Source: Pseudomonadota bacterium
GTDB lineage: Bacteria > Campylobacterota > Campylobacteria > Campylobacterales > Sulfurimonadaceae
Length of the DNA stretch: 64,000 nt
NCBI GenBank assembly: GCA_043797085.1
Contig: JAZDQA010000009.1
Location: 32,001 to 96,000 of the forward strand
Reading direction: 5' to 3'
Positions within the stretch are counted from its first letter, which is position 1. Every line of letters starts with the position of its first letter. Positions 63,054 through 64,000 of the stretch are shown here, one piece after another. The notes beneath the pieces are model-generated. The model was not told the origin of the DNA. It was given only the letters and a program-made list of their open reading frames with translations, and ran no database searches. The position numbers and the translations under genes were made by a program.

Positions 63054-63166
63054 TACTACCTCATCATCATTACAAATATTTATACATTATAACACGTGAA
63101 ACTCAAAGTAAGGAGATGAATCACAGAAATAGGGTAAAATAAGCAAGTATATTGAGGAGGATATAA

Positions 63167-64000
63167 ATGCGTCTTGTTTTCATGTTGTTCACATTGCCAT
63201 TTTTACTCTTTGCCAAACCGCTTCCATTGCTTTTTTCGGGTAATGAAAAAATTTCTTCCCGTGATTTGTACGATACACTTGGGCTCAGGCTTCCTTATGC
63301 CATTGAAATATGGGAGGACAAGCCCTCTATAGACCCCTCTCTTTCATCTCAAAGCATCACTGCTCTTACTAGCTATTACCGAGCAAAAGGTTATTTTGGA
63401 GCTAAAATAACTCCCGTTATCACCGATAATTCTATTACCTTTGCCATCCAAGAAAACGATCCCATTATAATTACCGACATTCAAATAAACAGTATTCTCG
63501 CTATCGACAACGCCATCGAGCTTCGTCCAAATACCCTCTTTGATCAAGATAAATTTAGCACCTCAAAAATACAAATTAAAAAACGTTATCATGACGAAGG
63601 GTACTGCAACGGAACGTTTAATTCCAAAGCATGGATTGACATCGAAACACACGAAGCACATCTGCTGTTTGAGGCCACACCCAATGAACAATGCACCTTT
63701 GGACCAATCCTTGTCGAATCTACCCCCAATATTAATGGCGCACTTGCCGCATCTATGCTTCGATTTGATGAGGGCGACCCATACAATCTTGAGGCGATAC
63801 AAAAAAGCTACGAAGCACTCTACGCCCAAGAGTCGATTTCACGCGTCTCCATCAACGATACCGATCGCAATGGTAGCATCGTTCCAATCACCGTAGGACT
63901 TGAAGAAGTAGAAAAACCGATTCGATTCAGCGCGGGATTGGGTATCAGTAGCGACCAAGGTTTAGGGGGACAAATCGGTTTAAAACATCGTAACTTTTTT
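63167..64000 (+). CDS. TamA/BamA (Omp85) family outer-membrane protein, truncated by window end (not in ORF track)
   Basis: GAGGAGG RBS; signal peptide, FSGNEKISS, YYRAKGYF, YHDEGY POTRA-like motifs; open to the end of the window. Confidence 0.85.
   Translation, partial: MRLVFMLFTLPFLLFAKPLPLLFSGNEKISSRDLYDTLGLRLPYAIEIWEDKPSIDPSLSSQSITALTSYYRAKGYFGAKITPVITDNSITFAIQENDPIIITDIQINSILAIDNAIELRPNTLFDQDKFSTSKIQIKKRYHDEGYCNGTFNSKAWIDIETHEAHLLFEATPNEQCTFGPILVESTPNINGALAASMLRFDEGDPYNLEAIQKSYEALYAQESISRVSINDTDRNGSIVPITVGLEEVEKPIRFSAGLGISSDQGLGGQIGLKHRNFF

Noticed and set aside
319..63896. Many antisense or alternate-frame ORFs of 60-200 aa (e.g. 1680-2270, 17137-17739, 21422-21988, 63540-63896)
   Set aside because: They lie over well-supported genes and carry no motifs; shadow ORFs.

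Overview
Chromosomal window from a Campylobacterota bacterium, most likely Sulfuricurvum/Sulfurimonas-like (inferred from gene content and synteny such as rsmA-rnj, recA-eno, mqnD-fliQ-murB and thyX). Most of it is housekeeping: rlmN, hisF, rsmA, rnj, thyX, thrS-infC-rpmI-rplT, lspA-glmM, rpsT-prfA, dapF-coaE, purM, ccoG, murB, fliQ, mqnD, recA-eno, tpx, tsaD, dxr, cdsA and an NFACT gene. It also holds the start of a cytoplasmic DosM/F9-like chemosensory operon, two paralogous diguanylate cyclases, and a corrinoid uptake/salvage cluster (btuB-like TBDT, cbiP). A roughly 16 kb mosaic accessory block lies between thrS and the 3' end of a tRNA-Val(GAC). Main observations read from the sequence: (1) four copies of a 141-151 bp MITE-like element with ~40 bp terminal inverted repeats, 7-bp target-site duplications and arms that co-vary; (2) a second structured repeat sharing one terminus with it; (3) a 54-aa upstream ORF ending SPPPID in front of the btuB-like gene, with no cobalamin riboswitch; (4) a stand-alone AT-rich HEPN (RxxxxH) gene; (5) a resolvase lacking its catalytic serine, coupled to ccoG; (6) a GGDEF paralog that lost its whole sensor domain in frame at a microhomology; (7) a tRNA-Val with C33. 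No CRISPR array, rRNA, integrase or transposase was seen. All calls come from motif reading; no database searches were run.
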